NCBI GenBank assembly: GCA_045644515.1
Contig: JAZRHA010000008.1
Location: forward strand, 305-64,304
Source of the DNA: Elusimicrobiaceae bacterium
GTDB lineage: Bacteria; Elusimicrobiota; Elusimicrobia; Elusimicrobiales; Elusimicrobiaceae
DNA length: 64,000 bases
Direction: 5' to 3'
Under the pieces are notes generated by a model. That model did no database searches and was not told the origin of the DNA. It worked only from the letters and a program-made list of their open reading frames with translations. Position numbers and translations under genes: made by a program. Below, piece after piece: positions 53,501 to 63,099 of this stretch; the stretch's first letter is position 1, and each line of letters opens with the position of its first letter.

Positions 53501-56079
53501 TCATATACTTGGAAAATAAAATCTTCACTTTCTTCACCATATGCTTTTAATTTTGCACTGTAAACACCTTCTTGTAATATAGGCAGTTTTTGGGAGATTT
53601 CATTACCGTTAAATTCTATCTCAGTACCGAAAACAGGTTCTTTAGCCAAATCATATGTTGCCTCATAATAAGGCTGATCTTTCTTTTGTTTTGCTTTAAA
53701 AACTTCAAAAACTGCCTTGCCTTTTTGTGGTTTACCGGCGGCATTTTGCATTTTTAAAGTCAAAGTGTTTTCAGTATCATTTAAGAAAAAACCTTTAGCT
53801 CTTTCTAGACTAAAAAAGTATTTTTGATTTGCTACATACAAGCTTGTTTCACCTGAAATTGTATGGCCGTTTGTGCCGGTAACTTCTACACTAATAGAAT
53901 ACCTTGCGGGTAAAACTTTTTCCTTTTTGGCTTTTGGGGTAAAAGTTATTTTAAAGTTACCGTCTTTATCTGTTTTAGTTTCGGCATTTATTTGGGGTTC
54001 ATCTTCAAATTCAAAGCCACCCCATCTATAACAGCAAGGGTAAAAAGCGCTTTTTGCAATACTATATTTTACCTTTGCATTTGCTAAAGCCTCGCCGGAA
54101 TAATAAGTGGCTTTACCATTAATAGTAACCGGCTTATTAAAACTATAAGTGCTGTCAGGCGTATTTAAAGTCAAAGTAAATTCTGGCTGCTTAAACTCTT
54201 CCACTTGGAAACTTCCATAACCATGATAACCCATCCTGTGCGGATCTTTTTCATCTGTTCTGACATTTATAGTAAAGTAACCTAGCCTTGTTTCTTTCGG
54301 TATTTTAAAGGTATATGTTGCTTGACCGAAACTATCAAGTGTTAAACTATCCTTAGCAAGCACTTTATAAGAAGTATCACTAACTGTAATAATCCATTTA
54401 TCCTGCCCTTCATAAGTAAAATATTTATTATCTTTCTTTCCTATTACATTGACTACAATTTTCACTTCCTCACCAGGTTTATAAATTGATCTATCTGTAT
54501 TTATATAAACCGATACAGATACCCCTGAATTCCTGGAACTATAACCTTGTTTATTATTAAGATAATCTATCAAAGCATAATTATCCTTATATTTAGCCAC
54601 GATATTTTGTAAAGTGTCCGTAGATTTTACATTTACTTGACCGTTTTTATTTGTTTTTACATTTAATTCACCGATTTTAGTCGGATTATTCCAATAATAA
54701 CCTCTAATTTTATCAGCTTTAATATTAACATTTGGAATTAAATTACCGTTTTGCGCGGAAAGCGTATAAAAATTTATGCTTGTATCTTTATAATTTAAGG
54801 TATTTAAATCGTCTGTATTGACATAATTTGTAGTCAAAAGTGCCAAATCGGTAACATTGATATAAGATCCGTAACTGCTATTGTGATTTCCCTCATAATC
54901 AAGGGAAAAAACATAAAAACCACGTTCTAACCCCGGCAATTCAAATTTAAAATCTTTAGGCGTATACGGTTTATCATAAGTTAAATCTTGAGGATAAACT
55001 TTAAATGGGTCAAGTTCTTTAAGTTTTAGTGGGTTTTCCCTATCTATAACTTGTTCTAAAGAAAGTTTATAAAGTTTAAAATTAACTTGTTTGACATTTC
55101 TTGCCTTAAATTCAAGGGGTAATACAGTATTCGGTTTATAATTTTGAGAAAAACCTTTAGTTAAATAAGCACTTGGGGATTCAAGGCTCTTTACTAAAGA
55201 TACACAAGCCGCCCTAGGGGAACAATATACGGCAAGATCATGCGCTTTTTGATAATCTTCAATATTTTCATACAAACGTGCACTTTCCAAAGCACTAAAG
55301 TATTTACCGTATTCTTTTGCTTCAAAAAAGTATTTTTTATATTTACCGTTATAATTTTTACTAAAGCTGGCAATGGCAGCATAAAATTCTGCCAAATCTT
55401 TTTGTTGTTCTTTATATAATTCAGGTGATGTTTGTGGTTTTTGTTGTTCGATTTTCATATCGATATATTTGAGATGCCAATATTCTCTAACATTACCACG
55501 ATTTTTACCGACCAATTTATATGATTCTTCATATACCTTTTCACGCGGTTTAATATCAACGAAATAACGCACATGGCTATTACCATATCCATAATAAAAA
55601 TCACCGCGATATAAATCATAATCATCCGGAGCTGATCCATCTACCAATACATCATACAGACTCATATAATATACTTTTGTGGTTTCCCTATTTAAATACT
55701 TCTTATAATTTTTATACGGCATATTAACAAGGGTTGTACGCAAATTCCACAAATCTTTATAAGATTCTTTTATGGCGTCTTGTTTTTGTTTGTTGGTAAA
55801 TTTGGTCGGGTCGGTTTTGCTTTCAACTAAATTATTTGCATAGTAAGGCGTGCTTTCAAGCGCTTTAATTTTGGCGAGATAATAAAGCACTCTTTCCTCT
55901 TTATTAGACGGAACTTTCACGGAGTATATCAATTTAAGTGCAGCATCATATTTGTGTTGGTTTATCAAAGTTATAGTTTGTTCAATATCATCTTGTTTTG
56001 TTGTTTGGGTTTGGTTCGTCGCAAAAACAGGCAAGGCCAAAAGCGCTGAAATTAAAAAATAAAATAAAAATTTTTTCAT
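50554..56079 (-). CDS. Bacterial alpha-2-macroglobulin family protein (1841 aa), apparently thioester-less
   Basis: Signal peptide. MG-domain signature TDRSIYKPGEEVKIVV; bait/TED-region motifs SLTEWTAAAIVF and QNSDGGFAWIKGG. The CxEQ position reads LLSEQT. Confidence 0.8.
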   Translation of the reverse strand: MKKFLFYFLISALLALPVFATNQTQTTKQDDIEQTITLINQHKYDAALKLIYSVKVPSNKEERVLYYLAKIKALESTPYYANNLVESKTDPTKFTNKQKQDAIKESYKDLWNLRTTLVNMPYKNYKKYLNRETTKVYYMSLYDVLVDGSAPDDYDLYRGDFYYGYGNSHVRYFVDIKPREKVYEESYKLVGKNRGNVREYWHLKYIDMKIEQQKPQTSPELYKEQQKDLAEFYAAIASFSKNYNGKYKKYFFEAKEYGKYFSALESARLYENIEDYQKAHDLAVYCSPRAACVSLVKSLESPSAYLTKGFSQNYKPNTVLPLEFKARNVKQVNFKLYKLSLEQVIDRENPLKLKELDPFKVYPQDLTYDKPYTPKDFKFELPGLERGFYVFSLDYEGNHNSSYGSYINVTDLALLTTNYVNTDDLNTLNYKDTSINFYTLSAQNGNLIPNVNIKADKIRGYYWNNPTKIGELNVKTNKNGQVNVKSTDTLQNIVAKYKDNYALIDYLNNKQGYSSRNSGVSVSVYINTDRSIYKPGEEVKIVVNVIGKKDNKYFTYEGQDKWIITVSDTSYKVLAKDSLTLDSFGQATYTFKIPKETRLGYFTINVRTDEKDPHRMGYHGYGSFQVEEFKQPEFTLTLNTPDSTYSFNKPVTINGKATYYSGEALANAKVKYSIAKSAFYPCCYRWGGFEFEDEPQINAETKTDKDGNFKITFTPKAKKEKVLPARYSISVEVTGTNGHTISGETSLYVANQKYFFSLERAKGFFLNDTENTLTLKMQNAAGKPQKGKAVFEVFKAKQKKDQPYYEATYDLAKEPVFGTEIEFNGNEISQKLPILQEGVYSAKLKAYGEESEDFIFQVYDSKNPNLEVQGNITLAENKKYIVGENAKILLGANKAKGPKYVEIYKNGFFVKRMQLSNKPLQFLTLPILPEYQGGISLRWFGVYDYASYGGTLNIEVPYVGKDVDVKLNVPENLEPGKKAELNLNATVDGKPLQNARAMITVYDKALDYYKPHSFSLPLLYLQHFGGGNISNSFQTHNINFYREYVGRSSYAASAGPRHAANDFATEGMEDSINMKAMKTSSAVSMPDSNATRSDFAPTAYFNPRADLKNGKANFNFTMPDSLTEWTAAAIVFSKTLQTGQTQVNFKTRKELTLRLETPTFLRQNDKIVIKTLARNNGKRTLQGEVSLTLNVNGETAENTFKPQQVSLKAGEEKTLTWAYTAPKELGEITVTAAIRSGNMIDGETRTLPLLTSLQYLPKSKTIALKEGANTFELAPIKEGEVLNAAHLTLDTSLLVPIVSAMPLLSEQTFKTATSTIDRYLPIAIINKLNENVNFKKAISQISRKTKTEKWNKQTSEILLKDTELSPWYNLSKGGCESNNFINIFDSNTVAKKQKEYTEDLKKYQNSDGGFAWIKGGKSSLYVTLYVVDRLAQASYFGVKPPMDITQNALKYLHNEYKKFDFSKPFYPFEAIYYAYVISAFDKTLLVKETRQEVQTLADYIDKQKEILAPLGKVYMAVIYHRLGNPQKAKKYINMLFETAKENDVTGTSFAMEERSWQWFHDSLNLHAEALRMLLEVDPNSTRIDGIIKWILFNKKATMWGSTTNAAKAVYSLLDAIKTWGVLSQNKHYDIAWNGQNYTLDFGPLAKESKTVFSVYEPKANNESLKAKITQNTTTTQGKKAQKTLPSFATLSNLVISDLPQEASPKGILNITKSYYLIKENTVRPLRENETIKVGDKIEVRLTIKAEHNFDFVMIQDKKPAAFDTEKLLSGWVWDGLSRYEDLQLAQTNFFMDYVPVGTYELKYVLRPTASGVFNVGSSIMQSMFAPEVSAHSNSFIIKVED

Positions 56080-56148
56080 AATATCTCCGTATATAATAAG
56101 GTATATATTTTTATTTTACTATTTTTAAATTTTTGTGTAAAATAAAAC

Positions 56149-56171
56149 ATCCCCGAAAATTTATCGGGGAT
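56149..56171 (-). terminator. Rho-independent terminator after the thrC-DUF4912-GH57 operon
   Basis: Stem atccccga/tcggggat with a 7-nt loop. The minus strand continues GTTTTATTTT. Confidence 0.7.
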
Positions 56172-56194
56172 ATTTAAATTAAGCGGAACAAAAA

Positions 56195-57784
56195 TTACCT
56201 GTAAACGTTGTAGTCAATATCCTGGAAAATATTATCCTTCCACTCAAGTTCTTTTAAATAATTCTCATCAATGCGGTTGCCGACAATCATCTCATAAAGC
56301 GCGGTAAAGCGTTTAACGTGGTCCTTGGTACGTTTGGTGGAATATTCCTTGGCAGTTCCTACCGTCATTAAAAATGCCCAGTCTGAAGACTGCATTAAAA
56401 CAAGTTCCCTCGCACATTGGTTTAAGGCACGCCTTAAAACACCGTCGGCATTTGGAAAGCGGTTTGCAAGTTCTATCATACGCTCCGCCGCTTTAATGAG
56501 GTGGCGGTAAATCCAATCATTTCCGCTGTTAAGCCAAACATCATTGTAGCCTTTATCGCCCCAAGAGGACGGGGAAGGCTGGACAACTTGGTTAACAGGA
56601 TATTTTTCCAAATATTCAAAAGGTGTAATTAACTTGATATCTTTTTGATCATAATAGATTTTTTTGAATAAAAATTCCAAGAAATCTATACCTTCATACC
56701 ACCAATGACCGTAAAGTTCTGCGTCATACATGGAAACAACTAAAGGTTTACGGTCCGTTATAACGCTTGATAAATATTCCACTTGTTTTTGGCGGTTGAA
56801 CATAAAGTTCCCGGCATGGCTTGCAGCAACATCTAAGGCATCACTTGGGTAATAAGGTTGCTTTTGGTTTAAAGCAACTTTACCGGTGATTTTATAGTAT
56901 TTCATGCCGATATTTCTTCTTACGCCGTCACTATGCAAATAGTTTTTGACATAATCGTAATCAAGGTCATAACCAAGATCCCGATAAAATTCGCGGTAGC
57001 GCGGATCGCCGGGATAGCCACTTTCGGCACTCCAAACCTGTTGGGCAGATTCCATATCGCGAGCGAAAGCCGCAACACCTTGAGGGGTATAAACCGGCGC
57101 ATAAATACCGTATTTGGGGCGCGGAACGCCGTGCATAACACCATGTGATTCCATAAAGAAGAACCTTATGCCTTCTTCCTTTAAATATTTATCTACATCG
57201 TAATTATAGGCACATTCAGCGAGCCAAATGCCGCGCGGCGAACGCCCAAAATGTTTGCGGTAATTGTTTGCAGCAATTTTAATTTGAGCTTTAATGCTTT
57301 GCTCTTGTACCTGTAGAGGTAAATAACCGTGTGTGGCACAGCAAGTAATAATTTCAAGTTTACCCATATTTTGGAATTTTTTAAAACCTTCCAAAATGCG
57401 GCCGTGATAATAATTTTCAAAAAGTTCGCGGTATCTGTGGAATTTATCATGGTACATTTTTGCTACATAAGCAAATTCCGTATTTTTTGTGCGCTCAAGT
57501 TCCTTTTCAGATAACTCAATTCTTTGGTTTAAATAATGGCGGAAACGCTGGATAAGAAGTTCATCGGACATCATTTCGCAAAGCGGTGGGGTAAGCGACA
57601 TTGTTACCCTAAAATCCACGCCTTGCGCCGTCAAATTTTCATAGACATTTAAAAGCGGTAAATATGTTTCCACCATCGCTTCAAAAAACCAATCTTCTTC
57701 AAGAAAATCGGGGTACTCCGGGTGGCGGATAAACGGCAAATGGGCATGCAAAACTAAAGAAAGGTAACCCTTTTCCTGTTCCAT
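56195..57784 (-). CDS. GH57-family 1,4-alpha-glucan branching enzyme
   Basis: YLSLVLHAHLPFIRHPEY and WLAECAY, typical GH57 blocks. 529 aa. Confidence 0.85.
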   Translation of the reverse strand: MEQEKGYLSLVLHAHLPFIRHPEYPDFLEEDWFFEAMVETYLPLLNVYENLTAQGVDFRVTMSLTPPLCEMMSDELLIQRFRHYLNQRIELSEKELERTKNTEFAYVAKMYHDKFHRYRELFENYYHGRILEGFKKFQNMGKLEIITCCATHGYLPLQVQEQSIKAQIKIAANNYRKHFGRSPRGIWLAECAYNYDVDKYLKEEGIRFFFMESHGVMHGVPRPKYGIYAPVYTPQGVAAFARDMESAQQVWSAESGYPGDPRYREFYRDLGYDLDYDYVKNYLHSDGVRRNIGMKYYKITGKVALNQKQPYYPSDALDVAASHAGNFMFNRQKQVEYLSSVITDRKPLVVSMYDAELYGHWWYEGIDFLEFLFKKIYYDQKDIKLITPFEYLEKYPVNQVVQPSPSSWGDKGYNDVWLNSGNDWIYRHLIKAAERMIELANRFPNADGVLRRALNQCARELVLMQSSDWAFLMTVGTAKEYSTKRTKDHVKRFTALYEMIVGNRIDENYLKELEWKDNIFQDIDYNVYR

Positions 57785-58662
57785 TAGGCCTCCTCGCGTT
57801 TTGCGCGGATGGTGATAAATCTTTGCTTTTCCTCTTTGGTTTTATGCTGGGCTTTGATAGGCATATCAACATTTTGCCCGGCATTTAAAGGGAAGCGGAA
57901 AGAGAAACTGCCGTCTTCGTTAACACTGATTTTTTCCCCTTTTATATAGACATCAGCATTTTTGCTTGCTTGGCCGTAAATAATGATTTCGCAAGCAGCT
58001 TTTAGCCAAATATCTTCATCAGTTTGAGGTTTGTGTAAAGTATATGAACCCCAAGAAGAAAGATGTGAAGACGGATTTGTATCACGCCCGATTTCAAAGG
58101 CTTTCCAGCGTTGTGCAAAAATGTGCTGCAACTTTTCGCTTGCGCCTGTGCCAAACATATCAGCACCGGACATTTTTAAAATCTTTTCATACTCGCCTTC
58201 AACCATCATCCATTTTTCATCTATTATATTGGAGATTTGGCCTGTCGGCACTGTTGTTTTATTGGAACGGGTTAACAAAATAAACTCCCCGCTAGGTAGA
58301 ATTGCACCGATATCGCAAATATAAGTGCGCCCGCTTGGGACTTGCAAATACCAGCTTCTTGCATCTAAAACAACCGGAACATCAAAATAAGAATTGGCAT
58401 TTGTACCGTCAAAATTTTTATCTGTTATATCATATACGCGGATAACCGTGCGTGCATTATCAAAGACATTTTGCCCCTTTTTATCTTTAATTTGTTCAAA
58501 AGTTTCGTTCACGATTTCCCAAAAAAGGAACATCCAATTTGGATCTTTAGGGAGTAAAAAACTCTCAGTTTTGCCATAATTTTGCGGCAAGTCATATTGC
58601 GCTTCGCGCGCGGCTGCCGTATCAATTTTAATAACGGCGGTAGACGATAATTTTTCGTCCAT
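57784..58662 (-). CDS. DUF4912-like protein (usual partner of GH57 branching enzymes)
   Basis: N-terminal LPQNYGKTESFLLPKDPNWMFLFWEI motif and 1-nt overlap with the GH57 gene. The family name is from memory. Confidence 0.55.
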   Translation of the reverse strand: MDEKLSSTAVIKIDTAAAREAQYDLPQNYGKTESFLLPKDPNWMFLFWEIVNETFEQIKDKKGQNVFDNARTVIRVYDITDKNFDGTNANSYFDVPVVLDARSWYLQVPSGRTYICDIGAILPSGEFILLTRSNKTTVPTGQISNIIDEKWMMVEGEYEKILKMSGADMFGTGASEKLQHIFAQRWKAFEIGRDTNPSSHLSSWGSYTLHKPQTDEDIWLKAACEIIIYGQASKNADVYIKGEKISVNEDGSFSFRFPLNAGQNVDMPIKAQHKTKEEKQRFITIRAKREEA

Positions 58663-58671
58663 AACTCCTCC

Positions 58672-59913
58672 TTAATTTTCTTTCGGTAATAACCCCAAGT
58701 TTACAATTTCATCTAAATTAGGCTTCACAAGATTTTGTGAAATCTGTATAGATTTTGCCGCTGCATCAATATCTTTTAGGCCGTTTCCTCCAACTACGAT
58801 AGCAACGGTTTCATCTTTCTTAATTGCGCCTTGCGCTACCATCTTTTTAAGGCCGGCATAAACTGCCGCGCCGCCCGGTTCTGCAAAAACGCTTGAAGCA
58901 CGTGCAAGTTCCGGAATAGCTGCAATAATTTCCGCGTCACTGACGGTAACTGCGCTCCCCTCTGATTCCTTTAAAGCCTGCAAGGCCAAAAAACCGTCGC
59001 GCGGAACATTTACGGAAATACTGTCTGCAATCGTATTTGCCTGTACAGGTTCAAGTTTCCCGTCATTAAACCAGGCTTTTGTTACTGCGGAACTACCCTC
59101 AGCCTGAACGGCAATCATTTGCGGCATTTTGTCAATAATACCAAGTTTATTGAAATCTTGAAAGCCGCGCCACATACCGCTCAAAATTGTACCGTCACCA
59201 ACGGCAACTAATACTTTATCCGGTGCTTCCCATTGCATCTGCTCGCAAATTTCAAAGGCACAGGTTTTTTTACCTTCCCTTGCATAAGGGTTAAATCCGG
59301 CTGCGCGGTTATACCAATTAAAACGTTCGGTTGCTTTACGGCAAATTTCAAAAGCGTCGTCGTAAGTGCCATCAATTCTTATAACTTCCGCGCCATAAAT
59401 GTAAAGCTGGACAAGTTTCGGCTCCGGCGTATTTTTAGGTGCAAAAATTACAGTTTTTAAATTTATACCGGCGGTAATACAAGCAAGTGAATCACTTGCA
59501 TTTCCGCTTGAAGCATCCGTAATAACTTTTGCATCAACTTCCAAAGCACGCGCGACTGCAACGGCACTTCCCCTATCTTTAATTGAACCGGTCGGGTTTC
59601 TGCCTTCGTCTTTAATCAATAGTTTGCGGATGCCCAATTTTTCGGCAAGTTCATCGGCCTGATATAGCGGCGTCCAACCTACCTGTACCGGCGGTAATTC
59701 GTCGTGATCATCAATCGGAAGTAAGTCTAAATAACGCCATATATTATATGAATGATTATTCTCAAGTACATCATAATCAAAACGCTTTTTGATTAATTTA
59801 TAATCATAATTTATAGCGAGCGGCCCCCCACATGCAGTACAGACATAATCTGACTCACGGGTTTTGTGTTCCTTGCCGCAGATGGCACACTGAAGGTTTA
59901 ATATCTTCTTCAT
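58672..59913 (-). CDS. thrC: Threonine synthase (PLP-dependent, with N-terminal Zn-ribbon)
   Basis: CAICGKEH...CTACGG zinc ribbon. PLP-Lys motif NPTGSIKDRG. Glycine-rich loop GNASDS. Confidence 0.8.
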   Translation of the reverse strand: MKKILNLQCAICGKEHKTRESDYVCTACGGPLAINYDYKLIKKRFDYDVLENNHSYNIWRYLDLLPIDDHDELPPVQVGWTPLYQADELAEKLGIRKLLIKDEGRNPTGSIKDRGSAVAVARALEVDAKVITDASSGNASDSLACITAGINLKTVIFAPKNTPEPKLVQLYIYGAEVIRIDGTYDDAFEICRKATERFNWYNRAAGFNPYAREGKKTCAFEICEQMQWEAPDKVLVAVGDGTILSGMWRGFQDFNKLGIIDKMPQMIAVQAEGSSAVTKAWFNDGKLEPVQANTIADSISVNVPRDGFLALQALKESEGSAVTVSDAEIIAAIPELARASSVFAEPGGAAVYAGLKKMVAQGAIKKDETVAIVVGGNGLKDIDAAAKSIQISQNLVKPNLDEIVNLGLLPKEN

Positions 59914-59978
59914 ATAAATATTTTAACATTTTTATGGGTTTTTTGTCTTTATTTATGGGGCCTCACATCCCCTCAATA

Positions 59979-59987
59979 TGATATAAT
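59979..59987 (+). promoter_or_regulatory. Extended -10 promoter of tRNA-Ala
   Basis: TGaTATAAT ending 9 nt before the first tRNA base. Confidence 0.55.
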
Positions 59988-59996
59988 ATAAGTGTC

Positions 59997-60069
59997 GGGC
60001 GTGTAGCTCAGTTGGGAGAGCGCCTCGTTCGCAACGAGGAGGTCGTCGGTTCGATCCCGATCACGTCCA
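59997..60069 (+). tRNA. tRNA-Ala (anticodon CGC)
   Basis: Hand-folded cloverleaf: acceptor gggcgtg/cacgtcc with G3:U70; D arm gctc-agttggga-gagc; anticodon arm cctcg-ttCGCaa-cgagg; T arm gtcgg-ttcgatc-ccgat; discriminator A. CCA is not encoded. Confidence 0.9.
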
Positions 60070-60088
60070 ATATCTATTTTCCATCATA

Positions 60089-60114
60089 AAACCCCCGCTT
60101 AAAAACGGGGGTTT
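60089..60114. terminator. Bidirectional intrinsic terminator between tRNA-Ala and the convergent TPR gene
   Basis: 9-bp stem aaacccccg/cgggggttt with an 8-nt loop and A/T runs on both sides. Confidence 0.7.
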
Positions 60115-60139
60115 ATAATTTCGTTAATTTTTTAATAGG

Positions 60140-61468
60140 TTATTGCTCAACAGGCTGTTTAACAGGTTTCCCGGGCAAATTAGTTTTTGCCGGTTGCACC
60201 GTTTTTTCTGTTGTTAATTTACCTTTTGCAATAGCCTTATCTAAAGAATTAATTTTCTTTTGTGCCTTTACTGCAATTTTACTTTGCGGGCGGTTTAAAA
60301 TAACTTTACTATATTTTTCCTTTGCTTTAGCAATTTCACCGAATTTCTCAGTAAGTTCAGCCGCACGGTATAAAGCCTCAACACCGTTTTCGGTATTTGG
60401 AAAACGAACTGCAATATCCTCTAAAACATTTCGTTCGGCATAGTTGTCTTTAAGTTTTTTGGCCTGAATTTGCGCTTCTTTTTGTTTAGCCATTACATAA
60501 TATTGTTCATCAGCAGGCATAAGGTCTGCCGCAACTTTTAAAGTTTCCACAGCGGAAGTATAATTTTTTAAATTCTTTTCCTGCACTTCAGCTTTCAACA
60601 TCAAGGCATTATAAGCTTCCAGCTTTTGTCCATCTTTTAAATATCCTTCATAAGCTTTTTGTGCTTTATCTATTGCTATTTCGTAATTTTTTGTGTCGGC
60701 TTCAAGCATAGCAAAATGTTTATAGACAGTGGATATCTCTACAGAATTTGGAAAATCATTTAAAACTTGGTTATAATAACTTTTGGCCTTTTCAAAATCT
60801 TTAAGTTCACTTGCATAAATATCACCCTTCATGCGAAGTGCGGCCGCTTTATATTTGGTTGAAGGGTAAATCTTCCACACTTTATCATATTTTGATAAAG
60901 CGGAAAGATAATTACCGTCATTCCTGTAAGAATCACCGAGTAAAAGTTCAATTTTATCTTTGTTTTCATAAACGGGGAAACGTGTAAAGAACATAGCATA
61001 GTCTTTAAGTAAATGTTCATGTGCATCTTTTAAATTTAATTTATTTGCGGCAGTAAAAAACATATTTAAGCGGTCTTCTGTTGCTTGTGGCAAATTTTTT
61101 GGGGCAAGTGCCCTCATAAGTTCCAATTGTTGTTTGTTTGGAAATTCCGTTACAATTTGATTAGCAAAATTTCTAGGTAATTTTTTTGTAGGGAATTCAT
61201 AAGTATACTTAAGGAGTGTTAAATAGGCCGGTGTATATTGTTTATTTAAATATTCCACTTTTGCCCTTTGAAGCAGTGCATCAGATGCTGAAGGCAAGGA
61301 ATAATTTTGCTCAAGCCAGGAATTTAAATCCCACTCAAGTGCCGATAATTGTTTCTTGTCAGCTGTATTGATTTCATTTTTATAAAATTCAAGTTCCTTT
61401 TCCGCGCTTTGTGCAAAAAGCGGGGCAAGACAAAATAAAAATAATGTTAGAGTTATAATCTTTTTCAT
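60140..61468 (-). CDS. Secreted TPR-like repeat protein
   Basis: Signal peptide and TPR-like repeats (GDSYRNDGNYLSALSKYDKV, YASELKDFEKAKSYYNQVL). Confidence 0.7.
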   Translation of the reverse strand: MKKIITLTLFLFCLAPLFAQSAEKELEFYKNEINTADKKQLSALEWDLNSWLEQNYSLPSASDALLQRAKVEYLNKQYTPAYLTLLKYTYEFPTKKLPRNFANQIVTEFPNKQQLELMRALAPKNLPQATEDRLNMFFTAANKLNLKDAHEHLLKDYAMFFTRFPVYENKDKIELLLGDSYRNDGNYLSALSKYDKVWKIYPSTKYKAAALRMKGDIYASELKDFEKAKSYYNQVLNDFPNSVEISTVYKHFAMLEADTKNYEIAIDKAQKAYEGYLKDGQKLEAYNALMLKAEVQEKNLKNYTSAVETLKVAADLMPADEQYYVMAKQKEAQIQAKKLKDNYAERNVLEDIAVRFPNTENGVEALYRAAELTEKFGEIAKAKEKYSKVILNRPQSKIAVKAQKKINSLDKAIAKGKLTTEKTVQPAKTNLPGKPVKQPVEQ

Positions 61469-61471
61469 ATT

Positions 61472-61966
61472 CTACCTATAATTTGTAAATTGAAGTTCAA
61501 GGCCGAAGTCTTTGCCCCTTAAAAGTGCAATAGTATTTTGCAAAGCATCTTTTGAAGCACTAGAAACACGTAACTGTTCACCTTGAATACTTGCGTTGAC
61601 TTTCAATTTACTTTCCTTAATAATTTTTACAATTTCTTTGGCTTTATCGGCCGGAATACCTTGCTGAATTTTTACTTCCTGTTTAGCACTGCCGCCAAGG
61701 CCGGATTCTATTTTTTGCGGAATAAAATTCTTTAAGGCAATGCCCCTTTTGGAAAGGCGTGTAAGCAAAATGTCATAAAGGGCTTTAACCTTATATTCAT
61801 CTTTGCAGGAAAGTTTTAATTTGTTTTCCTTAGCAAGCAATTCAAGCGTGGGGTTTGCATCCTTAAAATCATAGCGGTTTGAAACTTCCTTTTTTGCAAT
61901 ATTTATTGCTTCTTCAACTATATTTAAATCTACTTTGGATACGACATCAAAAGAAAAATCTGCCAT
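61472..61966 (-). CDS. yajQ: YajQ-family nucleotide-binding protein (UPF0234)
   Basis: MADFSFDVVSKVDLNIVEEAINIAKKEVSNRYDFKD is the YajQ hallmark N-terminus. SD AGGAGGA. Confidence 0.9.
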   Translation of the reverse strand: MADFSFDVVSKVDLNIVEEAINIAKKEVSNRYDFKDANPTLELLAKENKLKLSCKDEYKVKALYDILLTRLSKRGIALKNFIPQKIESGLGGSAKQEVKIQQGIPADKAKEIVKIIKESKLKVNASIQGEQLRVSSASKDALQNTIALLRGKDFGLELQFTNYR

Positions 61967-61982
61967 AATTCCTCCTATATAT

Positions 61983-63098
61983 TTAAATTATAATATTTTT
62001 AAACTTACTGCACAAATAAAAACTGCCGCAAATTAAAATGTTACAGGGCAAGTTTTTGAAATTTACGGTTTTTGGGTTAGTGCAAATTTGCGCGGAAGGA
62101 AAATATTTTTTTAGTTCTGCGGCAGGTACGGCAGTTTGAGTAACTTCGGTTACGATTATATTTTTAAAAAGCGGGTTCAAAATTTTGGACATTGTTTTAT
62201 AATCTTTATCGGCAGAACAGGCAAAAATTAAAGTGTTTTCTTTATTGTAATAAGGCGAATTTTTGTAAATTTTTGCAAGTTCTTTAATGGCTTCCGGGTT
62301 ATGTGCGCCATCTTTAATAATAAATTTACCCCCTCTTTTAAGCACTTCAAAGCGGCAGGGCAAATTTAAATTTAGAGTTTTTCTTTTTAGCCCTAAAATT
62401 CCGGCTGCTGCCAACACAATATTTTGGTTTTCTTCAAGTTTTGTTTTGGCTTTTTTGATTTCAAAAACAGGTGCTTTTTTGCTTGCCGCAATATTTTTAA
62501 TTTCCGCTTTTGCCGACGGTGGCAAAACACCTATTATGCAAGGTATTTTTGGTTTTATTACCCCCCCTTTTTCAAAAGCAATTTGTTTTAAAGTACTTCC
62601 TAAAATTTGTGTATGTTCTAAAGATACGGACGTAATTATACTCAAGCACGGTTTTATAATATTTGTACTGTCTTTACGTGCGCCTATACCGCATTCTATG
62701 ACGGCAAAATCAACTTTTTTATCTTTAAAATAAAGCAAAGCAAGCAAAGTCAAAATTTCAAAAAATTTAAGTTTTACCGTTTCTTTTTTAAGAACTTTTG
62801 AGAGATATAAAGCAAAATCTTTTTTACTTATTTTTTTGCCGTTAATTTGCACGCGCTCGCAAATATCAACAATGTGCGGTGACGTAAACAAACCCGTTTT
62901 AAAACCGTTTAATTTTAAGTTTTTTGCAAGCAAAAAACAAACTGTTCCTTTACCGTTAGTTCCGCTTACATGCACAGTCTTATAAGTCAAATTTTTTAGA
63001 CCGAGTGCGGCGGTGGTTTTCTTAACTTCCGCTAAATTATTTTTTTTATTTCCGTGCCCGCGCGCTTCAAGCAAAGCAAGGGCCTGTTTAAAATTCAT
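61983..63098 (-). CDS. folC: Folylpolyglutamate synthase / dihydrofolate synthase FolC
   Basis: Mur-ligase P-loop VSGTNGKGTV. The track start at 63137 is GTG and overlaps murA. The ATG at 63098 (MNFKQALALLE) follows the murA stop by 1 nt. Confidence 0.8.
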   Translation of the reverse strand: MNFKQALALLEARGHGNKKNNLAEVKKTTAALGLKNLTYKTVHVSGTNGKGTVCFLLAKNLKLNGFKTGLFTSPHIVDICERVQINGKKISKKDFALYLSKVLKKETVKLKFFEILTLLALLYFKDKKVDFAVIECGIGARKDSTNIIKPCLSIITSVSLEHTQILGSTLKQIAFEKGGVIKPKIPCIIGVLPPSAKAEIKNIAASKKAPVFEIKKAKTKLEENQNIVLAAAGILGLKRKTLNLNLPCRFEVLKRGGKFIIKDGAHNPEAIKELAKIYKNSPYYNKENTLIFACSADKDYKTMSKILNPLFKNIIVTEVTQTAVPAAELKKYFPSAQICTNPKTVNFKNLPCNILICGSFYLCSKFKNIII

Positions 63099-63099
63099 A